Positions 1-9,306 of a stretch of 40,717 nucleotides of DNA are shown piece after piece. The first letter of the stretch is position 1. Every line of letters begins with the position of its first letter. The notes beneath the pieces were generated by a model. It was not told where the DNA came from. It worked only from the letters and a program-made list of their open reading frames with translations, and ran no database searches. The stretch covers positions 1 to 40,717 of the forward strand of contig JABWBZ010000002.1 in NCBI GenBank assembly GCA_013359335.1, written 5' to 3'. The DNA comes from a bacterium (GTDB lineage Bacteria; CLD3; SB21). The position numbers were made by a program, and so were the translations under genes.

Positions 1-21
1 ACTATTTCAGTCAAATTTTTG

Positions 22-56
22 CCAACAAAAAAAGCGGGGATTTCGTTACCCGCTTT
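22..56 (-). terminator. Rho-independent terminator after the efflux operon
   Basis: 8-bp stem aaagcggg (31-38) / cccgcttt (49-56) with a 10-nt loop. On the minus-strand RNA it runs into a U-tract (complement of the A-run at 27-33). It lies about 28 nt past the stop of the 84..1334 gene. Confidence 0.6.
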
Positions 57-83
57 GTCTAACTTCAACTTAAGTTCGAGTTT

Positions 84-1334
84 TTATTCGTATCGTAATG
101 ACTCAATTGGATCAAGTTTGGATGCTTTGGAAGCTGGCCACATGCCGAAGATGATTCCGATAAAACTACAGAAAATCAATCCTCCAAAAGCCCAGTCATA
201 AGGAATCGTCACGGGAACGTCCATTAAAAAGCTTACGATGTTACCGATCCCAACTCCAACACCGATTCCGATCAAACCCCCAATTTCGCAGAGTACAACC
301 GCTTCTATCAGGAACTGCATCATGATATTGCCGCGCGTCGCCCCGATGGCTTTTCGAATGCCGATTTCTTTCGTACGTTCCGTCACTGAAACCAGCATAA
401 TATTCATAATTCCAATCCCGGCCACAATCAATGAAATCCCGCCCATCGCAATCGCCACTAATTTAATCACGGCCGTCATTTCTCCGAAAGCTTTGATCAT
501 ACTGTCGTTTGAGAAGAAATCAAAATCATCTTCTTCAAGTGGCTTCACATTCCGTGCAACGCGCAATACGCCGCGAACTTCTTCGATCAAATCTTCCAGC
601 ACCACTCCGGGTTTGGCTTTCACCGTAATATTGACGGAACGGTCAAAACCTTCTTTGTCTTTTAAACCAAACTGATCAACAAATGCCGTGATAGGAATAC
701 ACGCGCTATTGTCGCCAGAACCGGAAGGGCCGTCTCCCAATTCCTCGTATACACCAATAACGGTATACTTTTGTCCGTTGATTTTGATAATTTGATCAAT
801 CGGATCTTTGAAAGGAAATAACTTTGCGACAACTCTTGATCCGATCACGATAACGTTACGGCCGACTTTGACGTCTTCTTCGGTGATAAAACGTCCGACC
901 GCTACCAATTGGTTATTATTAATCTGAAATTCGGGAGTGCCTCCCGCCAGTGAAACGTTGTTATTTGTTTTGAGATCTTCATGCGCGAGTGTTGCCGGCT
1001 GCTCCCACAACTCCGCACCGACCAATTCCGCATCTTTCACGCGTTCACGCAGCAGGTCGGCTTGCTCTATAGTAAGAGGCTTGCGTCGCATGATTTTTCG
1101 CCAATTGGTGCCAGGGCCTCCAATGGCCGGCCATTTTTGAACCTGGAAAACCCCTGAGCCCAAACGGCTCATGTCGGTTTCCATTTTTGTCTGCACGATC
1201 TTGATCGCAGTCATCACGGCTATGATCGATGCGACACCGGCCACGATGCCAACCAACGTTAGCAGTGAACGAAGCTTGTTGGTCACAACGGCCGTCATCG
1301 CCATTTTAATGCTTTCAACCCAATCCATGTGCAT
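84..1334 (-). CDS. ABC transporter permease, MacB/FtsX family
   Basis: 416-aa ORF. N-terminal TM helix, large periplasmic domain, C-terminal FtsX-type 3-TM bundle with the TERTKEIGIRKAIGA motif. Ends in the ESLRYE tail shared with its paralog next door. Confidence 0.9.
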   Translation of the reverse strand: MHMDWVESIKMAMTAVVTNKLRSLLTLVGIVAGVASIIAVMTAIKIVQTKMETDMSRLGSGVFQVQKWPAIGGPGTNWRKIMRRKPLTIEQADLLRERVKDAELVGAELWEQPATLAHEDLKTNNNVSLAGGTPEFQINNNQLVAVGRFITEEDVKVGRNVIVIGSRVVAKLFPFKDPIDQIIKINGQKYTVIGVYEELGDGPSGSGDNSACIPITAFVDQFGLKDKEGFDRSVNITVKAKPGVVLEDLIEEVRGVLRVARNVKPLEEDDFDFFSNDSMIKAFGEMTAVIKLVAIAMGGISLIVAGIGIMNIMLVSVTERTKEIGIRKAIGATRGNIMMQFLIEAVVLCEIGGLIGIGVGVGIGNIVSFLMDVPVTIPYDWAFGGLIFCSFIGIIFGMWPASKASKLDPIESLRYE

Positions 1335-1358
1335 ACAATCAACCTTGCTGTTTAAAAA

Positions 1359-2597
1359 TTATTCATAACGTAATGCATCGATCGGATCTAAGCGCGACGC
1401 TTTCAACGCCGGAAAAAATCCCGACATGATGCCGACCGAAACTGCAATTACTATCGCTATGATGACAATTCCAATGGACAACGTTGCCGTGAAAAAAATA
1501 TTAATGACCCAACTCAACGCGTACGACAGCAGCAACGCAATAATACACCCTATCAAACAAATCATTGACGCTTCGAAAAGAAATTGCACTAAAATCGTCC
1601 TGCGTTTTGCACCGATCGCTTTTCTAATTCCAATTTCCTTGGTACGTTCCGTCACCGAGACAAACATAATATTCATCACGCCAATGCCGCCGACAAACAA
1701 TGAAATGCTTGTGATCAACACACCGACAATGCCGACAACTCCCATAATGCTGTCGTACACTTTGGTAAAGGTATCCTGCCGATTGATCGAAAAATTTTCT
1801 TCTTGTACCGGCGACAATTTTCTGATCTTGCGCATGGCTCCGATGATCTCTTCTTCCGTGTCGGCCATCGTTTGGGGCCCGAAGGTTTTTACAGCAAGTT
1901 GCAGTCCGCGCTGTTTACCGAAACATTTCAAAAACGTCGTAATCGGTATCGATACCTGGATGTCCAAGTTCGGTCCGCCCAGCCCGCCTAAAAAACGCCC
2001 TTGCTTTTCCATGACGCCGACGACTCTGAAATTGTAGGCCCCTACTCTCAACCGACGCCCGATCGGATCCTTATTCTTAAACAATTTTTCTTTAATCTCC
2101 GATCCGATCACGCAAATGAATTTTGAATTCTTAACGTCCATCGCGTTGATATAGCGTCCGAATTCCGGCAAAGCGGATGACGTAAATAATTCCTTATGTG
2201 TAGTGCCTCGAATAAATACATCTTCCAAAGTTTCCGATTCGAATTTGATCATACGGGCTGTTCCGACTGAAGGATTGACGGCAACCACTTTATCACTCAG
2301 CGCCTTTTCAAGTTTCTCACTTTCTTCAAGCGTAATCTGGCGACGATTGCGGTACTTCCACCAGTCATCCATGATGATCCATGGCATCCTCGAAACGTAT
2401 AAAACGTCAGAGCCTAAGGCTGATAATTGAGCTTGAAATGAATTTTTCATTCCGACCATTACCGTCATCGTTGTAGAGACGGCGGTAATACCGATGACGA
2501 TGCCGAGTGTCGTCAAAAAACCGCGGGCTTTATTGGCGCGGATCGCCGTCAGCGCTATCTTGAATGCTTCACTGATCTCGTATACTAATCGTCTCAT
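1359..2597 (-). CDS. ABC transporter permease, MacB/FtsX family (second paralog)
   Basis: 412-aa ORF with the same architecture and the same TERTKEIGIRKAIGA and DALRYE motifs. Lies 24 nt upstream of the first permease. Confidence 0.9.
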   Translation of the reverse strand: MRRLVYEISEAFKIALTAIRANKARGFLTTLGIVIGITAVSTTMTVMVGMKNSFQAQLSALGSDVLYVSRMPWIIMDDWWKYRNRRQITLEESEKLEKALSDKVVAVNPSVGTARMIKFESETLEDVFIRGTTHKELFTSSALPEFGRYINAMDVKNSKFICVIGSEIKEKLFKNKDPIGRRLRVGAYNFRVVGVMEKQGRFLGGLGGPNLDIQVSIPITTFLKCFGKQRGLQLAVKTFGPQTMADTEEEIIGAMRKIRKLSPVQEENFSINRQDTFTKVYDSIMGVVGIVGVLITSISLFVGGIGVMNIMFVSVTERTKEIGIRKAIGAKRRTILVQFLFEASMICLIGCIIALLLSYALSWVINIFFTATLSIGIVIIAIVIAVSVGIMSGFFPALKASRLDPIDALRYE

Positions 2598-2617
2598 GGT
2601 TTTTCCGTTGTTGGACG

Positions 2618-3343
2618 TTAAGCTTCCGTGTGATCAACCAAAACTTTTTTGAATACTTTGCGGCCGGTGATTTTTTCATCAATCTCCACGACGCCGTCTT
2701 TCAATCTCACCACACGACGGGCATGGGAAGCGATGTCCTCTTCATGCGTCACCAGAATGATCGTTTGACCGGCTTTATACAAATCTTCAAACACCATCAT
2801 GATTTCTTCACCGGTTTTTGAATCGAGATTTCCCGTAGGCTCGTCGGCCAAAATGATGGCGGGATTGTTCACCAGCGCGCGTGCAATAGCCACTCTTTGG
2901 CGCTGGCCGCCGGAAAGTTCGTTAGGCTTATGTTTCATCCGTTCGCCCAACCCGACTTTTTCAATGGCTTCAACCGTACGCTTGCGCCGTTCGGGAGCGG
3001 ACATCCCGGCATAGATCATCGGCAGTTCGACATTGTGAAACACGTTCGAGCGCGGGATCAAATTAAAATTCTGAAAAACGAATCCAATCTTACGATTACG
3101 AATTTCCGCCAATTGATCGTCGGACATATTCGCCACGTCTTCGCCTTCGAAAAAATATTCTCCGGATGTCGGCGTATCGAGACACCCGATCACGTTCATC
3201 AACGTCGATTTACCGGATCCTGAAGGCCCCATCAGCGCAATGTATTCATTCTTTTGCACGTTCAGCGATACGCCGCGCAGCGCGTGAACTTCTTCGGTTC
3301 CGATTCTATATAATTTTGTTATGTTTCTTATGTCAATAACCAT
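2618..3343 (-). CDS. ABC transporter ATP-binding protein (MacB/LolD-like ATPase)
   Basis: Walker [10 protein letters not shown], signature LSGGQRQR, Walker B ILADEPT, H-loop VTHE. ATG start at 3343. Confidence 0.95.
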   Translation of the reverse strand: MVIDIRNITKLYRIGTEEVHALRGVSLNVQKNEYIALMGPSGSGKSTLMNVIGCLDTPTSGEYFFEGEDVANMSDDQLAEIRNRKIGFVFQNFNLIPRSNVFHNVELPMIYAGMSAPERRKRTVEAIEKVGLGERMKHKPNELSGGQRQRVAIARALVNNPAIILADEPTGNLDSKTGEEIMMVFEDLYKAGQTIILVTHEEDIASHARRVVRLKDGVVEIDEKITGRKVFKKVLVDHTEA

Positions 3344-3378
3344 GACAGTTTTTCCTTTTGTATCGGCATTAAGCTGTT

Positions 3379-4674
3379 TTATTTCTCATCGCCATCCGAC
3401 TGATCGCCAAATTTTTTAGCCTTCTTTTCATTATTCACTTTGACCTTCGATCCGTTTTCCAGCAATTTGCTTATCGCGCGGTAACTGCCGACCACTACTT
3501 CATCATTTTCTTTGAGCCCGTCGATGATTTCGATGTGCGATTCGCTCTGAATGCCCGTTTTGACGGCTTTGGCAACCGATACGCCGTTGTCAATCACAAA
3601 CACCACTTCCACGACGCCGTCTTTATTGGGAACAAATTCATTGGCCGTATCGTTGGCAATCGCTGCATCTTTTTCAACGCCTTCTTTTCGTTTTAATCTT
3701 TCAGGCTCGCGGACGGTGACGCACTGGATCGGCACATTTAATACATTATTACGAACGTCGGTTGTAATGTCTGCCGTCGTCGACATACCTGGGCGTAATA
3801 CGTCAAGGTTTTCAGCCAATGCTATTTTGACTTCAAATTCCGTTTTCTCTTCCTGTGTGCCGGCGGCTTTGACATTGGCGCTATTCGCAATTTCAGTAAC
3901 ATAACCGTTGATATAGCGTCCGGTCAATGCGTCGACTTCGATTTTGGCCGAATCACCCAAATTAATAGCGATCACGTCGTTTTCATCCACGTTTACACGC
4001 GCCTCCATCTGAGCCAAATTAGCCACAACCATGATCACGTCTTGAGAGAATTGCGAACCCAGCGCAATTTCACCGGCTTCTTTATTTAATTGACTGACGG
4101 TTCCTTCGATTGGCGCATAAATTTCAGTTTTACTCAGATTATCCATCGTCTGCGCTAATTGCGCTTCGGCCGACTGCACCTGGCTTTCCGCTGATGCTAA
4201 CGTCGATTGGGCCGTCAAGAGCGCAGCCGTAGCTGTTTGCATCTCGGCTTCAGCCGCCAGTTTTTTTTCGAACAATCCTTTGACACGGTCGTGATCCTGC
4301 TGCGCTTTTTCAAGATTCGCTTTTGCGTTCATGACCTGCGACTGCGTGCGCAGTACTTCTGCTTTAGTCTGATTCACCGCAGCTTCGTAATTCGTACGAT
4401 CCAGCGACACCAAAATCTGTCCCTTTTTAACTTTGTCGCCTTCCTTGACATACAAGCGCATAATTTTCGCGCTGACGTTGGAACTGATCTTGACGTCCGT
4501 GACCGGCTGGATCTTTCCGGACGCGCTGACGGTTTTGATCACATCGCCGCGTTTGACTTTTTCCGTCTGTACCTCGGTCGATTCTTCTTTTTTGTTACTT
4601 AGATTGAATACGACCACCGCGGTAATGACGACGGCCAGGATACTGCCGATGAGTATCTTTTTCTTTTTCGACAT
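3379..4674 (-). CDS. HlyD/MacA-family periplasmic adaptor (membrane fusion protein)
   Basis: N-terminal membrane anchor ([17 protein letters not shown]). Long Ala/Gln-rich coiled coil ([30 protein letters not shown]). YAPIEGTV barrel-sandwich motif. Sits between the TolC and ABC genes. Confidence 0.85.
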   Translation of the reverse strand: MSKKKKILIGSILAVVITAVVVFNLSNKKEESTEVQTEKVKRGDVIKTVSASGKIQPVTDVKISSNVSAKIMRLYVKEGDKVKKGQILVSLDRTNYEAAVNQTKAEVLRTQSQVMNAKANLEKAQQDHDRVKGLFEKKLAAEAEMQTATAALLTAQSTLASAESQVQSAEAQLAQTMDNLSKTEIYAPIEGTVSQLNKEAGEIALGSQFSQDVIMVVANLAQMEARVNVDENDVIAINLGDSAKIEVDALTGRYINGYVTEIANSANVKAAGTQEEKTEFEVKIALAENLDVLRPGMSTTADITTDVRNNVLNVPIQCVTVREPERLKRKEGVEKDAAIANDTANEFVPNKDGVVEVVFVIDNGVSVAKAVKTGIQSESHIEIIDGLKENDEVVVGSYRAISKLLENGSKVKVNNEKKAKKFGDQSDGDEK

Positions 4675-4727
4675 ACGTATACTCCCTGCTTAAAAAGTAT
4701 AATTGTCTGTTTAATCGTTTATAAAAA

Positions 4728-6041
4728 TCATTTAGTTTCGATCGCGCCTATCGCTACATTAAATTGTTGCTTGGCGTACAAAAAGTCATAAACGGCCTGA
4801 ATGTGATTAGCTTCCGCTTGCGCGTAACTGGCGTTGGCCGTGATCTGATCCAAAATCGTTCCCGCGCCGAGATTATATTTTTCCGTTGCAAGCCGTAAAT
4901 CTTCTTTCGCTGAATTAACATTTTCTTCCGAGAGTTTTACGTTTTCGTAGGAGGTCTGTAAATTGAGCAATGCAATTTTAATATCTAAAGCAACCTGGCG
5001 GCGCGTATTTTCGAGGTTGCTTTTGGCGGTTTGCACGCTTTGATCGGCGCGAATAACGCCCGCGGATGTCTGAAAACCGTTGAAGATCGGCATGCTGAAG
5101 TTCAATCCGACACTTACACGGTCATTAGCGCCGATTTCTTTGAAACTGCCTGGTTTGAAAGCATCAGACCAACTGTAGTCGGCAAAAGCCGATAACGTCG
5201 GAAAGAAACCACTGCGCGCATTTCTGAGTGAAGCACGAGAACTTTCAAGCTTTTTAACGCCGGATAGATAATCTTTGCGCTGCTCCAATGCCGTCGAAAA
5301 TGCTTTGTCAAAATTATACTCGGCCGCATCGAACGTCACATCCAAACCCAAGTCTTTCAATTCAACTTGCGTATTGACGTCAATCCCGATCAAACTATTA
5401 AGACTTGCTTTGGAAGTATTCAGATTATTTTTCGAGCGATTGAGCGCTAAACGATCGGAACCGACTTGTACCTTTTGTTTATAAACATCCGAAAGAATTT
5501 GTGCGCCTAGACGATTACGTTCTTCGAGACGTTTCAATTGCTCCTCGCTGCGTTTTAAATTTTCTTCGCTGACGCGTAACAATTGTTGATTTTTTAAAAC
5601 GTCAAAATACGATTTATACACCTGCAATGCGACATCTTGTTTGGTGTTCTCGTACGTGTACAACGCTGAACTTTCATCCAAACGCGCCTGTTTCATCTCG
5701 CCATACTTTTTAAATCCATCGAACAGCACATAATTGGCCGACAGCGAATATGAATATCTCTCGGCGCTTTCTTTCACTCCGCTGTTGGTAATGAACGTAC
5801 TTTTTTCGTCGGCCAAACTGTATTGAGCATTCAGATCTACCGTCGGCAGATTATTGCCCCAGGTTTTGGGCAATACATCGGCCACGGCCGTATTGTATGT
5901 ATTTTGCGCCGTAATGACCTGAATATTATTTTTCATGGCGATGGACAAAGCTTCGTCGAGCGTGAGCGTCATTTTCTCCTGTGCCGAAACCGCCGCGGAC
6001 ATCACCATCGACATTAATAATAAAAAGACCGTTTTTTTCAT
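4728..6041 (-). CDS. TolC-family outer membrane efflux protein
   Basis: Signal peptide MKKTVFLLLMSMVMSAAVSAQE. Two internally repeated coiled-coil/beta halves typical of OEP proteins. First gene of the efflux operon, with the SD-like gaggag upstream. Confidence 0.85.
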   Translation of the reverse strand: MKKTVFLLLMSMVMSAAVSAQEKMTLTLDEALSIAMKNNIQVITAQNTYNTAVADVLPKTWGNNLPTVDLNAQYSLADEKSTFITNSGVKESAERYSYSLSANYVLFDGFKKYGEMKQARLDESSALYTYENTKQDVALQVYKSYFDVLKNQQLLRVSEENLKRSEEQLKRLEERNRLGAQILSDVYKQKVQVGSDRLALNRSKNNLNTSKASLNSLIGIDVNTQVELKDLGLDVTFDAAEYNFDKAFSTALEQRKDYLSGVKKLESSRASLRNARSGFFPTLSAFADYSWSDAFKPGSFKEIGANDRVSVGLNFSMPIFNGFQTSAGVIRADQSVQTAKSNLENTRRQVALDIKIALLNLQTSYENVKLSEENVNSAKEDLRLATEKYNLGAGTILDQITANASYAQAEANHIQAVYDFLYAKQQFNVAIGAIETK

Positions 6042-6197
6042 TGTTGCTTCTCCTCACTTGGAAAGTATGCTTGTATTTTTAAAACAGTGTTGTATTCGTT
6101 GTGAATTTTAATTTGTTTCATTTTCGTTCAAAAAAAATATAAAAATGTCCGATAATCGCCAGATTAGACCATTTTGAAGCCAGAAAGTTGCAGTGAT

Positions 6198-6238
6198 AAA
6201 AACAAAAAGCTCCTTTGAAGCCGATTCTTCAAAGGAGC
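6198..6238 (-). terminator. Rho-independent terminator after the Yip1-like gene
   Basis: Perfect 12-bp stem gctcctttgaag (6209-6220) / cttcaaaggagc (6227-6238) with a 6-nt loop. On the minus strand it is followed by tttttgttttt (complement of 6198-6208). Confidence 0.8.
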
Positions 6239-6260
6239 CGGTTTAAAACGCTTTACTATT

Positions 6261-6995
6261 TTAGCCGAAATTCAGTCCCAGCGCCGTCAATCCTGTTCCA
6301 AGAAGCACCCACACGAGCCATAATCCAAAAACGAGTCCCGCCGATTTGCCTTTTGAAAATTTGAATAACATGGAAATACCGATGACCAGCACGGCCAACT
6401 GCCAGAACGTAAATAAATCGAATTTACTTAAAAAAGCGTACAGGGCTGAACGTGTCTGATCCGCCGCAGCAAACAGCCCCAAGCCGGTATCGACGCGCAT
6501 GGTTGAATTAACAAACATGATCGGCACTTTCACCAGCGTCGCCAGAATATCGATCATCAAACTGTACCCGAAAATGGACAAAACTTGTATGTACGTGGCT
6601 TTTCCGCCGAGCACATTATTGCCTCCGACCATAAGGAAAACGGCTCCGATAAAATACATGATTAAAATGGCCACGAGCCCGATGACATATCCGACCGCCC
6701 AAAAACTCTTCATCATCTGCGTTTGTTGCTCGATCACTTGTTCCTTTTGATTATCGGGAACACGATCGCTCTTCATTATCTGAACGCGCATCGCCTTGAT
6801 CTGTTCAGCCTGAATAATATCTTTCAATAAAATCCCCGAGCCAAGAAACAAAATAATCATCACGATCACCGGCGTGATCCAATCCGGTTTCGTCATCAAA
6901 TAATTAAATGTTTCCGATGGGCTTAAAAAAACATTGACAATGCGGCTGAAGACATTCATTTCCGCAGGCGGCGTTGGTGCCGTAGGGGTTTCCAT
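6261..6995 (-). CDS. Yip1-domain integral membrane protein
   Basis: 244-aa ORF. N-terminal FSRIVNVFLSPSETF segment followed by 5 predicted TM helices, as in YIP1/DUF1282 proteins. Family call made by eye only. Confidence 0.55.
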   Translation of the reverse strand: METPTAPTPPAEMNVFSRIVNVFLSPSETFNYLMTKPDWITPVIVMIILFLGSGILLKDIIQAEQIKAMRVQIMKSDRVPDNQKEQVIEQQTQMMKSFWAVGYVIGLVAILIMYFIGAVFLMVGGNNVLGGKATYIQVLSIFGYSLMIDILATLVKVPIMFVNSTMRVDTGLGLFAAADQTRSALYAFLSKFDLFTFWQLAVLVIGISMLFKFSKGKSAGLVFGLWLVWVLLGTGLTALGLNFG

Positions 6996-7041
6996 ACTTC
7001 CTCCTCATATTATTATTTAAATTGCTTGGACAAAAAGCACT

Positions 7042-8052
7042 TTAAGGCTTAAGCACAATCTTTCCGAATTGTTCCGACAAATCCATTTGCCGGAAAGCCT
7101 CTTTGAATTGAGCGAATGAAAATACTTTATCGACGACCGGTTTAATACGATGGGTCGTAATGAATTCGATCATATTCCGGAAATCGTCGTTCGTTCCCAT
7201 GGTCGAGCCTACGATATGAATTTGCCGCCAATAAACTTTGCGCAGATCGATGGAATCCGGCAGACCGGCGGTCGCTCCATAGATCACGATTCGTCCGCCG
7301 GGTTTGACCGCGTTGATCAATTGATTAAATCCTTTGCCGCCGGCGCCATCGATGATTAAGTCGATGCCATTGAATGATTGTGATTGTTCACCCAATTTTT
7401 TGAATCCGTCGGGATTATTATAATTAATTCCAAAATCGGCGCCCAGATCGACAGCACGCTGTATTTTATCATCGCGGCCCGATGTCACGATCACTTTAGC
7501 GCCCGCTGCAAGCGCCATTTGCATCGCTAATGCAGCTACGCCACCGCCAATGCCATTGATCAAGACCGTGTGATGTTTCTGCAAATTGCCTTGAGTAAAT
7601 AGCGCCCTGTGCGCCGTCAAAGCCGCCAGTGGAATGGCCGCCGCTTCTTCATCGGATAAATAATTCGGTTTTTCAGCAAGGTTCATCGCCGGCGCGAGTA
7701 CAAATTCAGCCAAAGTTCCATTATCCGGAAGACCGAGAATTTTAAAATCCTTGTCTTGAGCTTTCAGATCGTTGCCCCAATTCATACTCGGATTGATCAT
7801 GACTTTCTTTCCGATCCAATGACGATCTTTGTCAGCGCCGACTTCGATCACCACGCCGCAACCATCCGATCCAAGGATAATCGGAACTTTTATATTAGCG
7901 TACAGCCCTTTCGTAATCCACAAATCCCGATGATTCAATGCGGCTGCATGAATTTTTATAATCGCTTCACCTGCCGATGGCTTGGGATCGGGAGCGTCGC
8001 CCAAAATCAAGCGCTCGTAATTGCCCACTTCCGGAAGAATAATCGCTTTCAT
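7042..8052 (-). CDS. Medium-chain (zinc-type) alcohol dehydrogenase / NADPH:quinone oxidoreductase family protein
   Basis: 336 aa. GroES-like N-terminal domain, Rossmann motif INGIGGGVAALAMQMA, C-terminal GKIVLKP typical of quinone-oxidoreductase-like MDRs. Confidence 0.85.
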   Translation of the reverse strand: MKAIILPEVGNYERLILGDAPDPKPSAGEAIIKIHAAALNHRDLWITKGLYANIKVPIILGSDGCGVVIEVGADKDRHWIGKKVMINPSMNWGNDLKAQDKDFKILGLPDNGTLAEFVLAPAMNLAEKPNYLSDEEAAAIPLAALTAHRALFTQGNLQKHHTVLINGIGGGVAALAMQMALAAGAKVIVTSGRDDKIQRAVDLGADFGINYNNPDGFKKLGEQSQSFNGIDLIIDGAGGKGFNQLINAVKPGGRIVIYGATAGLPDSIDLRKVYWRQIHIVGSTMGTNDDFRNMIEFITTHRIKPVVDKVFSFAQFKEAFRQMDLSEQFGKIVLKP

Positions 8053-8080
8053 GCTTGATATTCTTTAAAAAAAATATTCA

Positions 8081-8515
8081 TCACGCAACGGTCACTTTAG
8101 CGCAAAATTTTTCAAAAGCCTGGACGAGATTATTAGCTACCTGATCGGCCGTGCGCCCTTCAATCTGGTGCCGCGGTAAAAACCAAACAATGTTACCACC
8201 CTGAAACAGTGCCATCGACGGCGAAGACGGCGGGATATCTCCGAAATAACTGCGCGCTTTGGCGGTGGCTTCGATATCCTGTCCTGCAAAAACGGTTGTC
8301 AGGTGATCCGGCAAATTTTTATTGTGCAAAGCCAGCGCAATCCCAGGACGCGCCATGCCTGCCGCACATCCGCACACTGAATTGACTACCACCAGGATCG
8401 TTCCCTTCTCTTTACCCAAAACGTTATCCACTTCCTGAGCGGTACGCATTTCTTTAAATCCGATGCGTGTCAATTCCTCCCGCATAGGCGCCACTAATCT
8501 TTCATCGTACGGCAT
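8081..8515 (-). CDS. Bacilliredoxin (BrxA/BrxB, YphP/YqiW, DUF1094 family)
   Basis: 144 aa. The N-terminus MPYDERLVAPMREELT and the redox motif VNSVCGCAAGMARPG (CGC) are characteristic of bacilliredoxins. Confidence 0.8.
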   Translation of the reverse strand: MPYDERLVAPMREELTRIGFKEMRTAQEVDNVLGKEKGTILVVVNSVCGCAAGMARPGIALALHNKNLPDHLTTVFAGQDIEATAKARSYFGDIPPSSPSMALFQGGNIVWFLPRHQIEGRTADQVANNLVQAFEKFCAKVTVA

Positions 8516-8852
8516 ACTTCATCTCCTTTTTTTATATCGACTATTTGTCTAGTTTTCATTGCTTTTCGTTCAACGCGAAATTATTCGTTTTTATTCATAT
8601 AGTCAACGCAAATTGCTGCAAACCTTTGATTTTTATGTGAATCAATTCTCTAAGTTGTGTTGTCTCATTTTGAACCATTACATACCTGATGATACAATTT
8701 TAAATTTACACTTGCTTTTTCGATTTTTCGTAAAACCTTAATTATCAATGTTAATCTGATCACTTAATTTTGGCCGATTCTTTGTAATACTATGAGTCAA
8801 TTCAATTAATTTTAAACGCCTTCCATTTAAAACTCATTGAAAGGTTTTTGTT

Positions 8853-9191
8853 ATGCAGGCCAAATTAAAATCGCATGGCAAGTCAAAAGCGAACCCAACT
8901 TTTTTTGAGCTTGAACAACAAATTCTGAAGTTTGGCCTTAATTCGGAGCCGACGTCGACGAATGTTGTCGCCAAACGCCTGCACATGAAAGAGAGCCACA
9001 AAAACATATCCATGCTTAAAGACATTTTGGAAAAGCTGACGAGAGAACACAAAGTTTACCGTTGCGGTAGCCGTTATGCGATCGACTACCAGGGCGGTAA
9101 AAATCTCATGGAAACTTTCTGTATAAAAATTTCGGACGAAAATTACAAAATCAAAAATTTCGTTTTTGACCACGTCGCCCAAAGCGTTTAA
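8853..9191 (+). CDS. Hypothetical small basic protein
   Basis: 112-aa ORF with an ATG start. It is the only plus-strand ORF in an AT-rich gap and ends just before a bidirectional terminator. No family recognised. Antisense ORFs of similar length overlap it, so the strand call is tentative. Confidence 0.4.
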   Translation: MQAKLKSHGKSKANPTFFELEQQILKFGLNSEPTSTNVVAKRLHMKESHKNISMLKDILEKLTREHKVYRCGSRYAIDYQGGKNLMETFCIKISDENYKIKNFVFDHVAQSV

Positions 9192-9215
9192 AACGGATTA
9201 ATCCTCCTTGCGAAA

Positions 9216-9246
9216 AAAGCGGTAAAGACTTTCGTCCTACCGCTTT
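9216..9246. terminator. Bidirectional rho-independent terminator between convergent genes
   Basis: 9-bp stem aaagcggta (9216-9224) / taccgcttt (9238-9246). The plus strand is followed by tctttattttt and the minus strand by tttttt (complement of the A-run at 9213-9218). Lies between the 8853..9191(+) and 9307..10869(-) genes. Confidence 0.7.
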
Positions 9247-9306
9247 CTTTATTTTTCCGATCATCCGATTATGTGCACAGCACACACAGTGACCGCCAAT
9301 CAGTCT

